Below are positions 43,672 to 54,760 of a stretch of DNA of 64,000 nt, one piece after another. The stretch lies in NCBI GenBank assembly GCA_963705255.1, contig OY970061.1, positions 992,001 through 1,056,000 on the forward strand, in the 5' to 3' direction. The stretch comes from an uncultured Methanoregulaceae archaeon. GTDB lineage: Archaea > Halobacteriota > Methanomicrobia > Methanomicrobiales > Methanospirillaceae. The notes beneath the pieces were generated by a model. The model had not been told where the DNA came from and ran no database searches. It worked only from the letters and a program-made list of their open reading frames with translations. Both the position numbers and the translations under genes were made by a program. How positions within the stretch are numbered: position 1 is the stretch's first letter; every line of letters begins with the position of its first letter.

Positions 43672-44822
43672 CAGTCCTCCAGACACTGAACGGGAAACAG
43701 ATCGTTGTTGCGGTGACCGGCAGCATCGCTGCCGTCGAAGTGGTCAGGCTCATCCATGCCCTGAGGCGGCGCGGTGCGGCAGTCCAGGCGGTGATGAGCC
43801 CTGCCGCAACAGGTATCGTGATCCCGGATGCCCTGACCTATGCCAGTGGCAGGGAGACGATAACCCGGCTCTCCGGCATGGTGGAGCATGTCATGTACTG
43901 CGGGGATGAGGGGACTGCTGATCTCCTGCTGATTGCACCCTGTACCGCAAACACCCTCAGCAAAATTGCCTGTGGTATCGACGACACCCCGGTTACGACG
44001 TTTGCATCCACCGCTCTCGGAAGCGGTATTCCCCTGCTCATCGTTCCTGCGATGCACCACAGCATGTACCGCCACCCGGCAATCCTCGCAAATCTCGATG
44101 CGGTCCGGCGGTGGGGGGCAGGGATTGTCGAACCCCGCATTGAAGAGGGGAAAGCAAAAATTGCCGGCAACGATGAAATTGTCCTCAGGTGCGAGAGGGC
44201 TGTGCTCGGATCGCCACTGAAGGGAAAAAAGGTGCTTATTACAAGCGGGCCATGCCGGGAACCGGTGGATGATGTCCGCATACTCACCACCCGTTCGAGC
44301 GGGCAGATGGGGAGGGCACTCGCCCTGCAGGCATTCCGGCTCGGGGCTGATGTCACGGTTGTCCACCGGGATACGTTTCCCTGCATGAACAACATCCACG
44401 TTGAGACAGCGGCTGACATGAGCTCTGCCGTGCTCAGCTACCTTTCAGAAAATAACGGGGCTGACATCTATATCAGCGCCGCTGCCATCTCTGACCTGGC
44501 CCCGGTGATGATGAACGGGAAGATACCCGGCGGAAAGGCCGTCAGGCTTGAACTTGAACCGCTTCCCAAACTGCTGGACCGGGTGATGCAGGACTATGCT
44601 CCCCTGACCATTGCATTCAAACTGGGCAGAAGACCCGAAAAAAAGGCAAAGGCCATGATCGATCATGGTGTGGCGATGGTCCTCATGAACGCTCCGGAAA
44701 CGATGGGACGGGAAACCGGGGAGTATGTTCGGCTGGATAAGCTGGGTACGGAACGGTTGCAGGGCTCCAAGGACGAGATTGCAGCACGGGTGTGGGAGGA
44801 GATTCTCAGGGGGCATCTCTAG
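43668..44822 (+). CDS. coaBC: Phosphopantothenoylcysteine decarboxylase/ligase
   Basis: VTGSIAA, APCTANT, PAMH..M, E.VDDVR, SSGQMG, AAAISD. Confidence 0.95.
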   Translation: MTVLQTLNGKQIVVAVTGSIAAVEVVRLIHALRRRGAAVQAVMSPAATGIVIPDALTYASGRETITRLSGMVEHVMYCGDEGTADLLLIAPCTANTLSKIACGIDDTPVTTFASTALGSGIPLLIVPAMHHSMYRHPAILANLDAVRRWGAGIVEPRIEEGKAKIAGNDEIVLRCERAVLGSPLKGKKVLITSGPCREPVDDVRILTTRSSGQMGRALALQAFRLGADVTVVHRDTFPCMNNIHVETAADMSSAVLSYLSENNGADIYISAAAISDLAPVMMNGKIPGGKAVRLELEPLPKLLDRVMQDYAPLTIAFKLGRRPEKKAKAMIDHGVAMVLMNAPETMGRETGEYVRLDKLGTERLQGSKDEIAARVWEEILRGHL

Positions 44823-44967
44823 CCCGCCGGGTTTACATCCCGGGAGTCTGCAAGTTATTCCTGAACCTATTTTATCTCTATATTTGCCAGATTTTATCTA
44901 TCTGCCACTCTTGAAACCCCGGAATCTTCTGGATATTTTTATTAAGTGTTTATGTAAATACTGATAC

Positions 44968-45396
44968 ATGCCAGCCATGAAAAGGAGTGACGCAAAACCG
45001 TTGCAGGGCGGGTCCACGTTCCCGATTCCCATCTTCTACAAGCTGATGATAAGCATGCTCTTCGTGGCCACAATTCCCATCATTCTTCTTGAGATCGTCT
45101 ACCTGGGAGGGACGGCGAGCATTGTGGAGAACATCGGGCTCACCGGCAGCATCCTGATCATCACCCTTATCACGCTGACGGTAGTCATCATGTGGAGTTT
45201 CTTCCTTGCGAGCAGCATCACCAATCCTATCGTACGGTTATCAAAAATAGCCACCAGCATGAGCACCGGCGAGTTCACGAACCCGGAAATTGAGCTGCTC
45301 AGCAATGACGAGATCGGCGAACTCCAGACCGCCTTCAACCGGATGATCAATACCTACAAAATACTTGACACCCTTGCCAAGGAAGATAATGAATAA
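44968..45396 (+). CDS. Stand-alone 2-TM HAMP domain protein
   Basis: Two TM helices, SITNPIVRL...DEIGELQTAFNRM, no output domain. Confidence 0.85.
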   Translation: MPAMKRSDAKPLQGGSTFPIPIFYKLMISMLFVATIPIILLEIVYLGGTASIVENIGLTGSILIITLITLTVVIMWSFFLASSITNPIVRLSKIATSMSTGEFTNPEIELLSNDEIGELQTAFNRMINTYKILDTLAKEDNE

Positions 45397-45488
45397 CCGG
45401 CTGCAGCCCGCCCTGTTCCCCTTACCCGCATGGTACTCCGGGATCATTCCGTGAATATGCAGATACAATCTCATGATGAGGACGATCA

Positions 45489-45836
45489 ATGCTCAAGGAG
45501 ATCCTGAACAAATTCCTGATCCTGAATGGTGTCCAGGCCGCGGTAGTCATCCAGGAAAATGGTGAGATAATCGAGAGCATGAAATCGGGAATCGTCATCG
45601 ACAGGAACCTCAGAACTGCCCTTTCCGCAATCATGATCGATACCAGGTCAGCGGCAGCCGGGTACAGTAGTGCCCCGCTATCCATGGTATTTGCCGAATA
45701 CTCGGACAAATTCCTCATCCTCGGGCCTCTTGCAGAAGAATTTTTCCTCGTCATTATCGCAAAAGGCACCGCAAATATCGGCCAGATATCCTATGAAATG
45801 AAAAAGAACCAGGAGGCTATCGTCTCTCTCTTATGA
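45489..45836 (+). CDS. Roadblock/LC7 domain protein
   Basis: GVQAAVVI..NGEII, FLVIIA...ANIGQI. Confidence 0.85.
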   Translation: MLKEILNKFLILNGVQAAVVIQENGEIIESMKSGIVIDRNLRTALSAIMIDTRSAAAGYSSAPLSMVFAEYSDKFLILGPLAEEFFLVIIAKGTANIGQISYEMKKNQEAIVSLL

Positions 45837-46648
45837 TCGAACTGTTACCGGAAGGAAAAAGTATCGGGTGGATGCAGGCGCCTCCGCAATGGATCTTCAC
45901 TCATACCGTACGGTTCGTCGGCATAGTAAGGGTCGTAATCCAGGACGGGGAAGGATTTATCCTGATAAGAAGAGGCAGGCCTCTTGCATATTATTTCAGA
46001 CACGGCCGGATCGAGCTGCGCGGGCACGCGGCACTCGACTATTTCAATTCACACCCGACCATAGAATTCAACCTCTGTAAATATACCCCGGAAGAACTGG
46101 GCCAGGCACTCAGGATCTGTAACATCGACGAACAGGTTCCCGAACCTGATCTCGTGACGCCAGGGGCTGAACCATACGCTGTACCCGCACCGGAAAAGGT
46201 GACCGTTCCCGTTACGGATTCACCGGAAAAAACGTCACCGGATACGACAGAAAAAGAGGTGATGATCCCTGTTTACGAAAAGCCCGTCATCACGCCTCCC
46301 GCAACCCTGGATGAACCGGACATGAAGCTACTCGGACAGATCAAGAAGCTGAACGGGATTGTTGCCATTTCGGTATTTGACGAGGAAAGGAATATTATCC
46401 TGGTGGGTGACGTCGAGGTTGAACCTTTATTGAACCTTGCAAGAAAGATGCTTGAAACCACCAAAAAGATCACCCCTTGCCTGGACTGGGGATCTTTTGT
46501 CCACATGACTCTCCAGATCCCCGAGGCGAACGTGATCATCGCGCCCTACCGTGACTACCACATCTGCCTGCTTACGACACGAACGATCAATATCGGGCAC
46601 ATCCGGAGAATTCTCCGGGACCTCCAGCAGGCCAGAGAGTCGCAATAG
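45833..46648 (+). CDS. Two-domain protein (DUF2226-like N-terminus, Pro-rich linker, roadblock-like C-terminus)
   Basis: LPEG, F.G.VRV, GFIL...G..L, LRG.AAL; C-terminal GIVAISVF...NIGHIRRIL. Confidence 0.65.
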   Translation: MIELLPEGKSIGWMQAPPQWIFTHTVRFVGIVRVVIQDGEGFILIRRGRPLAYYFRHGRIELRGHAALDYFNSHPTIEFNLCKYTPEELGQALRICNIDEQVPEPDLVTPGAEPYAVPAPEKVTVPVTDSPEKTSPDTTEKEVMIPVYEKPVITPPATLDEPDMKLLGQIKKLNGIVAISVFDEERNIILVGDVEVEPLLNLARKMLETTKKITPCLDWGSFVHMTLQIPEANVIIAPYRDYHICLLTTRTINIGHIRRILRDLQQARESQ

Positions 46649-46761
46649 GCCTTGGATCTCAGGACCCGGGAATCATGGTATCCGTTTATGCATACCTTTT
46701 TCCCTTTCGGGATTCCTTAAAGAAAGAAAACGCCCTAACTGATCATGTACGATCCGTGTCC

Positions 46762-47630
46762 ATGAGACCAATTTCAGTGACAGCCTTCTGCCCGGGGCAT
46801 ATTTCCGGCTATTTCAGACGGGTTGAGGGGAAGACAAAAGCCACGACCGGCAGTATGGGAGCCGGTATAGTCATAAGTGAAGGCGTCACGGTCACGGTTT
46901 TTCCATCGGACACTCTGTCGGTCCGTATCACGAGAAAAGACAGGGACGGGAAAGAGATTTCTGCAGAATCCGGCTCACCGCCCATCTCTTTTGTTCTCAA
47001 TCGAGCTGGGTGTGACTGCAGCTGTCACGACAGAATGCCGGCTGCCTATCGGGGCAGGGTTCGGGCTCTCGGCGGCTGCCCTTCTCGCGACGCTGACAGC
47101 GGTTGACCGGCTCTGCGGGCTGAGGCTTTCAGCCCACGATATCGCATTATATTCCCATGAAGCGGAGGTGACTCACCGGACCGGTCTTGGAGACGTCGCT
47201 GCCTGCCAGGGAGGCGGAAGGGTAGTACCGACGGGGACCGGGCATCGATGCTGAGATCGAGCGGAAGTTTGACCTGCCTGACCCACTCTATGCAGTATCT
47301 TTCGGGCCAATCTACACGCCGTCAGTTCTCGGCTCTCCCGAACAGATGGCGCGCGTGTCCAGGGCATTTCCCATACTGGAACCGGATGATGCCGGGGATT
47401 TTTTCCGCTTGTCACGACAGTTTGCCGGCAGGAGCGGGCTGATAACCCCGGAGGTTCAGGAAGTGCTCAGGATCTTTGATGACCGAAACCTTCCGGCGAG
47501 CATGACGATGCTGGGGAACGGGGTTTTTGCCTATGGCCGTGATTCGCGGGAACTGCTCAGGCCCTTCGGGGAAGTGTTCGAGTTCGGGATGGGATGTTCC
47601 GGGGTAAGGATTGTCGGGGAGACGGTATGA
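46762..47630 (+). CDS. pok: Pantoate kinase (two frameshifts)
   Basis: AFCPGHISGYF, GSMGAG, PIGAGFGLSAA, TGLGDV, ASMTMLGNGVF across successive ORFs. Confidence 0.88.
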
Positions 47631-48358
47631 TACCCCCGGATCATCCCCGGTACCGCTCGCTTGTCGTCCGCGAGCGGCTTGCCGGATCTGCACGGAAGGG
47701 GGTCGTCTCATGGGAAGGCCTTACCGCCCACGGGCGCGGGGAGGCCTTCGATTACCTGCTCGGTGAGAGAACGACTGCCAGCGCTCTCCTTGCCGAACGG
47801 ACCGCAGCAGGACTGCTGCTCTCTGCCCGCCACCCGGTCATTTCGATCAACGGGAATACGGCGGCCCTCGCAGCAGGCGAGATTGCAGCCCTCCAGAAAG
47901 CCTGTGGGGCCCTCGTGGAGGTGAACCTTTTCCACCGCACTGAAAGGAGGGTAAAGATGATAGAAGACCTCCTTACGGTAGCGGGGGTCGACGTGTTTTC
48001 CGGCAAAGCGGAACGGCTCCTCCCCCTTTCCCATGACCGGGCATGGTGCCGTCGCGACGGGATGTATTCTGCCGATGTCGTTCTGGTCCCGCTGGAAGAC
48101 GGGGATCGGTGCGAGGTGCTTGCCGGAATGGGAAAAACAGTCATCGCTATCGACCTCAATCCACTGTCCCGCACAGCGCGTACCGCAACCCTTACAATTG
48201 TCGATGAGCTGACCCGGGCCCTTCCGCAGATCACCAGTGCCTGCAGGGATCTTTCCCAGGCGGGCAAAGAGCTGTCCCCGGTGCCTGTAGATAATCATTA
48301 TCTTTTGTCAGAGGCAATACGTGAGATGACGGCGAGGTTGTCCCATGCTCTGGATTGA
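47627..48358 (+). CDS. pps: Phosphopantothenate synthetase
   Basis: IPPDHPRYRSL, AHGRGEAFDYLLGE, VPLEDGDR, IDLNPLSRT. Confidence 0.93.
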   Translation: MIPPDHPRYRSLVVRERLAGSARKGVVSWEGLTAHGRGEAFDYLLGERTTASALLAERTAAGLLLSARHPVISINGNTAALAAGEIAALQKACGALVEVNLFHRTERRVKMIEDLLTVAGVDVFSGKAERLLPLSHDRAWCRRDGMYSADVVLVPLEDGDRCEVLAGMGKTVIAIDLNPLSRTARTATLTIVDELTRALPQITSACRDLSQAGKELSPVPVDNHYLLSEAIREMTARLSHALD

Positions 48359-49340
48359 GAAATACCGGCCAAAGGAATTTTCCGACATAGTGGGGCAGGA
48401 CCCGGTCATCCGCCAGTTGTCCTCCTTTGCCGGATCAGGCATGGTCCCCCACATCATTCTCACCGGACCCCACGGGACCGGAAAAAGTGTGACAGTCGAA
48501 TGCTTTGCAAAAGCGGTCTACCGGGAGAACTGGGAGATGAATACCACAGTCTTTCCGACAGCCGATCTCTTCCTCCAGGGAAAGGCATTCCTGGAGACCG
48601 ACGAGCGGTTCGCACATCTTTACCAGAAGAACCAGTCCCTGATCAACAATTTCAAGTACATCATCAGATGGTATGCGTCCCTGCGCCCGCTGGATGCCGA
48701 ATTCAAGCTGATGGTCTTTGAGGACGCCCACGCACTTTCCCGGGAGGCCCAGCAGGCCCTGCGGAGGATCATGGAGCGTTCAAGCGGCACCTGTCGTTTC
48801 GTATTCACGACAACTAACCAGAGTGCACTGATCCCGCCGCTCACATCCCGCTGCCTTCCTCTTTTTTTTGTTCCCATCGAGCCTCCGGTCATTTTTCGCT
48901 ACCTTTCAGTTGTCAGGGAAAAAGAAAGTCTCGCCAGGCATACGTGTTCGGATGATGAACTCGAACTCATCGTGGAGGCCGCTACCGGGGACATGCGCAG
49001 GGGACTCCTCCTCCTGCAGGTAGCCCTTGAGACAGGACGCTGTGAGGATCTTTTCGGGATCGCCCAGTCCGAAGCAGCAACGGTCACCTCGGCAGCGATC
49101 ACTGCACTGAAAGGCGGGGATGTGCGGGGAGCCATCCGAAAGCTGGAGTCGCTTATGATCGACTATGGGCTCTCCGGGAGCGAGGTCTTTACCGAGATCC
49201 GGGCGGTACTCAAGCGCGAATACAACCATCCTGCACTTGCAATCGCCCTGGCAGATGCAGAACACCGCATGCTCCACGCAAATAACGAATTTGTCCAGGT
49301 CGGGGCTTTCACGACAGGCATACAACAGGTCTTCCCATGA
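48345..49340 (+). CDS. Replication factor C small subunit 2
   Basis: LWIEKYRP, GPHGTGKS, QQALRRIME, SRC. Confidence 0.9.
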   Translation: MLWIEKYRPKEFSDIVGQDPVIRQLSSFAGSGMVPHIILTGPHGTGKSVTVECFAKAVYRENWEMNTTVFPTADLFLQGKAFLETDERFAHLYQKNQSLINNFKYIIRWYASLRPLDAEFKLMVFEDAHALSREAQQALRRIMERSSGTCRFVFTTTNQSALIPPLTSRCLPLFFVPIEPPVIFRYLSVVREKESLARHTCSDDELELIVEAATGDMRRGLLLLQVALETGRCEDLFGIAQSEAATVTSAAITALKGGDVRGAIRKLESLMIDYGLSGSEVFTEIRAVLKREYNHPALAIALADAEHRMLHANNEFVQVGAFTTGIQQVFP

Positions 49341-50065
49341 GTTCGATAAAACAGGAAAAGATCAGGGACCACTACGACACGATCGCCGACAGCTATGATC
49401 ACCATTACGACCATCCCCGGGGCAGGAACTACCATTCACATATCAGCAGTTACCTTATCAGGGCCCTTCCGCCCGGGGGAAAACTTCTCGATATCGGGTG
49501 CGGGACAGGTCTGTTTGTCGAGAAATATATCAGGCATGGGGGCAGTGCCACGGGGCTCGACATCAGCACAAAGATGATTGAGCAGGCGCGCTCCCGTTGC
49601 GACTGCTGCGAGTTCACGGTCGGCACCGGGGAGAAAATTCCGTTCCGGGATTCTTCGTTTGATGCAGTGTCGAGCCTCCTCGTATTCAGTTACCTCAGAG
49701 ACCCCGCCGCGATGCTGTCTGAAACGTACCGTGTCCTGCAGCCGGGTGGTGCAGTTGCGATCTGCACGCTTGGGAAGAAACTGCTGACACGGGGAATTCC
49801 GGCGATATACCAGATCAGCGAGAAGATGAGAGTGAAGCATGTCGTGATGAAAGATTTTGGCGAACATTATTACAACGAGGAGGAGATGAGAGACCTTTTT
49901 ACCCGGACCGGATTTGAGGATATCCAGGTGAAATGGTGTTCCTTTGCTCACATTGACATGATCGACCCTCTCTTCCAGCTCGCAAAAAAAGTCGAACCTT
50001 TTGTTGAGAAGCGGGTGCCGCAGCTTGCATACAATATCTTCGTAAGCGGAAAGAAACCGGAATAA
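49337..50065 (+). CDS. Class I SAM-dependent methyltransferase
   Basis: LLDIGCGTG, GLDIS, PFRDSSFD, RVLQPGG. Confidence 0.9.
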   Translation: MSSIKQEKIRDHYDTIADSYDHHYDHPRGRNYHSHISSYLIRALPPGGKLLDIGCGTGLFVEKYIRHGGSATGLDISTKMIEQARSRCDCCEFTVGTGEKIPFRDSSFDAVSSLLVFSYLRDPAAMLSETYRVLQPGGAVAICTLGKKLLTRGIPAIYQISEKMRVKHVVMKDFGEHYYNEEEMRDLFTRTGFEDIQVKWCSFAHIDMIDPLFQLAKKVEPFVEKRVPQLAYNIFVSGKKPE

Positions 50066-50069
50066 AAAA

Positions 50070-51398
50070 TCAGGAATCCTTTTTTTTCAGGTTCGCAAGG
50101 ACCCGCCGTTTCTTCTCAATCGCTGCCTCCGATGCCCTGAGTACTCCCTCCTTCATCTCTTCGAAATCGCGCATTTCGGTGTCCACAACCTTTTTCACCG
50201 GGGTGTACGCGGATTCCCTGAACCGCGGGGAAAAGTCCCGCTCCCGCCCATCGACAAGCAGGACAGACTCAGGTTTTCCGGGTTCCACGTACCCGATATT
50301 GTGCATCGCAACCCCGGCCGAACGGACAACCCTGCAGACCTCATCCGCGGCATTCCGGGGGGCGACAACAAGCAGGGCATCAAGTGAAACCCCGAGATAA
50401 TCGATCTGCAGTTTTTCCAGCATGTCGCGGACATGCGGTTCAACCAGCCCCCCAATCGCGGATTCATCGATCACGATCCGGCAGCCTGCTGTTTCCGCCA
50501 TCTCGAATACGTCCCCCCGGAGCCCGCCATTGGTCACGTCTGTCATCGCGTGGATTCCGGCAAAGGCCCTGCTCTTCATCAGGGTTTCGCATGCTGTCAG
50601 GAAGTTCAGGTTGATAGTCCGTTCTACGACTTCAGAAAACCCCGAATATATCGCTGCAGTCGCAATGGTCCCCCCTCCTGCACCTTCGGTCATCAGCAGG
50701 ACATCCCCTGCCTGCGTCGATTTACGGGCAGTGAGATGTTCAGCGACACCGACTGCCCCCACGCACCCGGTGAGCCGGCTGCCAAGTACCATATCGCCGC
50801 CGATACGGAGCGTTGAGCCGGTGACGAGCGGTACGTCCATCGCTTCACCTACCGTCGTGATACCGGCAGTGTAATCAAAGATCTTTGCCACATCGCCGTC
50901 GTCTGCGATGTGAATATCCGAGAACAGCATGATCGGTTTTGCACCCATTACATAGATGTCACGGAGTGTTGCGCGCGTTACATGGAACCCGGCAAGGAAC
51001 GGGTAATCCGAGAGGCGGGAATGCATACCGTCAACGGTACAGATAATGTATTTGCCTCCGGCGCACACGGCACCGGCATCGTCCATCTCGTCCACCCCAA
51101 CCGATGCGGAAGTCTTTCCGATGATACGGGCAATCTGGCGGTGGGCAAAAAAATCCCCTTTCCCCCGGGACCCGACACCAAATTCTCCCATCCGTACACC
51201 GGCCGGTTCGTATTCGAAAAAGTCACCTGAGAGCCCACGGGTATTTTTCACCTCCTCGATTACGGCGCGGGCAAATGCGGATGCATACGAGGGATTGACA
51301 TCTTTTATCCCGAGGACATGATCGACCAGGTTTTTTTGTATCGCATTTTCATCTTTTCCGTCGGCAATTTTCCTGCGGACGTACTCCTCAACATCCAT
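50070..51398 (-). CDS. AIR synthase/HypE-related protein
   Basis: GVGSRG.GDF, DGMHSRLS, AMTDVTNGG, FRESAYTP. Confidence 0.85.
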   Translation of the reverse strand: MDVEEYVRRKIADGKDENAIQKNLVDHVLGIKDVNPSYASAFARAVIEEVKNTRGLSGDFFEYEPAGVRMGEFGVGSRGKGDFFAHRQIARIIGKTSASVGVDEMDDAGAVCAGGKYIICTVDGMHSRLSDYPFLAGFHVTRATLRDIYVMGAKPIMLFSDIHIADDGDVAKIFDYTAGITTVGEAMDVPLVTGSTLRIGGDMVLGSRLTGCVGAVGVAEHLTARKSTQAGDVLLMTEGAGGGTIATAAIYSGFSEVVERTINLNFLTACETLMKSRAFAGIHAMTDVTNGGLRGDVFEMAETAGCRIVIDESAIGGLVEPHVRDMLEKLQIDYLGVSLDALLVVAPRNAADEVCRVVRSAGVAMHNIGYVEPGKPESVLLVDGRERDFSPRFRESAYTPVKKVVDTEMRDFEEMKEGVLRASEAAIEKKRRVLANLKKKDS

Positions 51399-51466
51399 AA
51401 CGTTCTGTACGTGAACCAGCCATAAAAAGACGGAGGATCACGTGACCACCGCGCCGGGTGCAGTTA

Positions 51467-52417
51467 TTACCTGAGAAGAACCCCAAAAACATCGGAGAAA
51501 CAGCGGAGAGCATCGTCGAATTTTCCGATTTTCAGGAGGGACAGTCCCTTCACGATGCTGGTACGGACATCTTTTACATCGATATAATATGCCTGATCGA
51601 ACGCCCGGGCTGACTCCTCGAGCTTTCCGAGCATGAAGCAGGAGTTGCTCATCACGACCCAGGCATCGGCGATCGAGGGATCGCGTTCGAGGGCCTTTTC
51701 GAGAGCACGGATCGCCTCGGGGTGTTTTCCGATCATGGAGAGGGCAAGCCCTTTCCGGTAAAGTGCTTTTGCGTTTTCCGGGTCTATTGCCAGCGCGCGA
51801 TCAAGAACCTCGAGGGCTTCAGCATACCGTTTCAGGTTGATCAGGGCAACACCTTTTTTGATCAGTGCGGAAAGGTAGAACGGGTATATCCGGAGAGCGC
51901 GGTCGTAACATGAGATCTCTTCGGCATACCGTTTCAGTTTTCCATACGCAAACCCCTTGTTTACCCACGCAGAAAGGTACCGGGGCCGTATCTCCAGAGC
52001 CCGGTCGCAGCAGTGGATCTCTGCATCGAACCTTCCGAGCATCCCCACAGCTACACCCTTATTATTCCAGGCAGTTGCATTCTCGGGATCTATCTCCAGC
52101 GCTCTCTCACAGCATTTCACCTTGTCTTCAAACCGGTCGAGCATGCCATAGGCAAATCCCTTGTTATTCCAGGCATCGACGCAGTCCGGATCGAGTTCGA
52201 TTGCTTTGTTGCAGCACTCGATCTCGTCTTCGTACTTGCCCAGTTTCCCGAGTGCAAACCCCCGTCCCACCCATGCAAGTGCAAGGCCGGGGTCAATGGC
52301 AAGGGCGAGTGAAAACGAGGTAAGCGCATCCTCGTGTCTTCCCTCACGTCCAAGCGAAAGGCCCTCAAGATAAAATTCCCTGCCTTTCTGATGGGGGTCC
52401 TGACTCTCTTCTGACAT
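51467..52417 (-). CDS. TPR repeat protein
   Basis: Multiple AW.NKG..LG.L.RY.E repeats. Confidence 0.9.
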   Translation of the reverse strand: MSEESQDPHQKGREFYLEGLSLGREGRHEDALTSFSLALAIDPGLALAWVGRGFALGKLGKYEDEIECCNKAIELDPDCVDAWNNKGFAYGMLDRFEDKVKCCERALEIDPENATAWNNKGVAVGMLGRFDAEIHCCDRALEIRPRYLSAWVNKGFAYGKLKRYAEEISCYDRALRIYPFYLSALIKKGVALINLKRYAEALEVLDRALAIDPENAKALYRKGLALSMIGKHPEAIRALEKALERDPSIADAWVVMSNSCFMLGKLEESARAFDQAYYIDVKDVRTSIVKGLSLLKIGKFDDALRCFSDVFGVLLR

Positions 52418-52625
52418 GGAAAACATCGAATGCAATTCCTATGGATGAGCGCTCGTAATAAAAGGATCTTAGTGCCCGTGATATTTATTTTCACGGATTG
52501 GTCTCTGCAGCCGCTATTGCCCGACAGCGGTACAGATACACGGAATGATTACCCGGAAGCCAGGTTCTGCCGGATTCAGCTGAAAAACCCAATTTTTTAT
52601 ATATTTTTGGCATAAACTTTCAGAT

Positions 52626-52856
52626 ATGCCTGCGGGACGACCAAAAAAACTGAATAACTATGAACAGATAAAAGTGAGAAAAATCCGGAAGATTTTATCT
52701 GAAAGTAATATCCGGAAATTCGACAAGGTCAATGATTCTGCGCTTCTGAAGACAATTTACATCGATCCTTCGGGGAAAATTTTTATATGCCATGATTTCT
52801 ACGAAAATTCGATGAAAGAGATTTCTGCAATAGTTTCGGGATTTATTGAAAAATAG
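52626..52856 (+). CDS. Small hypothetical protein
   Basis: 76-aa AT-rich ORF with TTTATATA box about 25 bp upstream. Confidence 0.5.
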   Translation: MPAGRPKKLNNYEQIKVRKIRKILSESNIRKFDKVNDSALLKTIYIDPSGKIFICHDFYENSMKEISAIVSGFIEK

Positions 52857-53292
52857 GTGCCTATTTTTGACTCGGGAAACTTGTTGGAATATTCTCCTCC
52901 CCTTTCACGAATACCGGTTTCATATCGTCCATCGTCTCTCCAGAATGGCTGATATCGCGAGGCCGGGACAACGGTCGCACTGCCGGGTATAATCCCTCCG
53001 GTAAAGGATGCCTTTTTGTAAAGGAGATCCCGGACAGACTGATCGAACAGGTGGTATCGTTCCTGCACTACTGATTAAATGAGAATACAATCCTGCATTA
53101 TTTGCGAGGGATACCCGGGTCCACAGCCAGGATCTGGACACAAATCACTATACGAGACAGGGGGAGTTCATTCTGCCGAAGGATTAGGGTTACCCGGCTC
53201 CCTCTGGCACAGAAGTGCCACTGCTCCTTTACGGTGTAAATGCCAAAACAATTTCGGTATATTTATAATATATTGCGAATGAAACTGAATTC

Positions 53293-53880
53293 TTGAAACC
53301 CCAACATCCCGAGGATACCGGATCGTCAAGCCCCCTGGGAACGATCCTGATGGTCATGATCACCATCGTGCTCGCAGCACTCGTCCTGCTCGTTGCCCTC
53401 CAGCTGCCGGGCCTGTCGTACGACCCGACGGTTCCAACCGTGTTTGAGATCACAAAAATCAAGGATATTAAGAATGGCGTGCTGAATTACGATAGTTACA
53501 TGGTAGTAAAAAACTGCGGGAGTTCCAGTTATTATAACTGGAACCTTTTCGTCCTGACTTATGTCAACGGAGCGCAGATACCTGCGGAGATACCAACCTT
53601 AAATGCCAATGCACAGGCCGCCGACCACATCCACCATGGCGTCCAGAATCTTGGGGGATTCGGATCGGAAGGGACAAGGAAAAAAGGCGATGCACTGTGG
53701 GTACCGGGAGCATCCCTTTCGATCGATTACAAGGATGGCACATTCCATCCGGGCGACATGGTCACCATCGAAGTCTACGACAACACGACAAAACAGATCC
53801 TCTCGCGCGACACCTGGCCGCATAAAGACGATCCCGGGGAGAAATTGATGAAACAATATCTCAATCATCGAGGCGCTTGA
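53293..53880 (+). CDS. Archaeal type IV pilin-like protein (DUF1628-type N-terminus)
   Basis: [19 protein letters not shown] class III signal-like segment; [11 protein letters not shown]-terminal strand. Confidence 0.7.
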   Translation: MKPQHPEDTGSSSPLGTILMVMITIVLAALVLLVALQLPGLSYDPTVPTVFEITKIKDIKNGVLNYDSYMVVKNCGSSSYYNWNLFVLTYVNGAQIPAEIPTLNANAQAADHIHHGVQNLGGFGSEGTRKKGDALWVPGASLSIDYKDGTFHPGDMVTIEVYDNTTKQILSRDTWPHKDDPGEKLMKQYLNHRGA

Positions 53881-54052
53881 AGACGCCTTTTTTCACCTTG
53901 AGGATCTTGCACTCAGGACAGCGCCATGTATCAGGAATGTCCTCAAAGGCCGTCCCGGGCGCAATCCCGTTTTTGGGGTCTCCCTTGGCCGGATCATAGA
54001 TATAATGGCATTCGAGGCATACCCACCGGGCAAGTTTTGTAACATGTGTCAT
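53861..54052 (-). CDS. Rubredoxin
   Basis: [14 protein letters not shown]...GIAPGT.FEDIPD.W.CPEC. Confidence 0.93.
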   Translation of the reverse strand: MTHVTKLARWVCLECHYIYDPAKGDPKNGIAPGTAFEDIPDTWRCPECKILKVKKGVFKRLDD

Positions 54053-54152
54053 GATAATACAATTCCTGAACATGTGCCGGATGTATCATTTGATTCACCC
54101 TCCAATCATATGAAAGCATCTCTCATAGCAGCCGGAACGTTCATGGAGCATT

Positions 54153-54722
54153 TTAACAGGGATTGCGGGGATCAGGGGCAGCACTCCGGGCGCAGAGCCG
54201 TGCCACGCGCAATGGTTCGGGGATCTTACCTTCAAGGGTAAAGTCGTTACACAATACTGCCGCATCCCGGTGTTCAATGCCCCATGAACGGATGAAGATG
54301 GTCTGGTGCGTCCGCAGCGCAACCGGTGAACGTTTCCCGAGCTCCATGTACCGGGTCACCCGTGTCAGGTCGTCAGGAAAATGACGGCGGATATCCCCGA
54401 GCAGTCCGTCGGAATCCTCGTAGGTGACACAAATAACCGGGAGGCCGGTCTTTTCATGAATCACAACAGGGCTGATAACGTTAAACCAGGCGATGACGCA
54501 ACCGGACAACATAACCACGTTAAGATCGCTCCGCTCAAGGTCCCGGATCATCGCAAGTATTGTGTCGGTAGCATCCACCCCGCCAACAGTCACTGTGCCA
54601 AACGAGAAGCCGTCAATGCGGAGATCTTTTCGCATCACCACGCCGGCAAGGGTGGACAAGGTTCGCCCGGAATAACTTTCTGCTATACCGAATGCCCGCA
54701 ACCCTTTTTTCGGGACATGCAT
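54153..54722 (-). CDS. DUF99 family (endonuclease V-like) protein
   Basis: GIAES, GVVMR.D..IDG, GG.DAT, WFNVI, IPEPLRVA. Confidence 0.85.
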   Translation of the reverse strand: MHVPKKGLRAFGIAESYSGRTLSTLAGVVMRKDLRIDGFSFGTVTVGGVDATDTILAMIRDLERSDLNVVMLSGCVIAWFNVISPVVIHEKTGLPVICVTYEDSDGLLGDIRRHFPDDLTRVTRYMELGKRSPVALRTHQTIFIRSWGIEHRDAAVLCNDFTLEGKIPEPLRVARLCARSAAPDPRNPC

Positions 54723-54760
54723 AGAAGCACTTATGATAACCGATTAAAAATACTATACCA

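Noticed and set aside
37148-49340. Two RFC small subunits as a novelty
   Set aside because: A clamp loader with two different small subunits is already described in Methanosarcina and related lineages.
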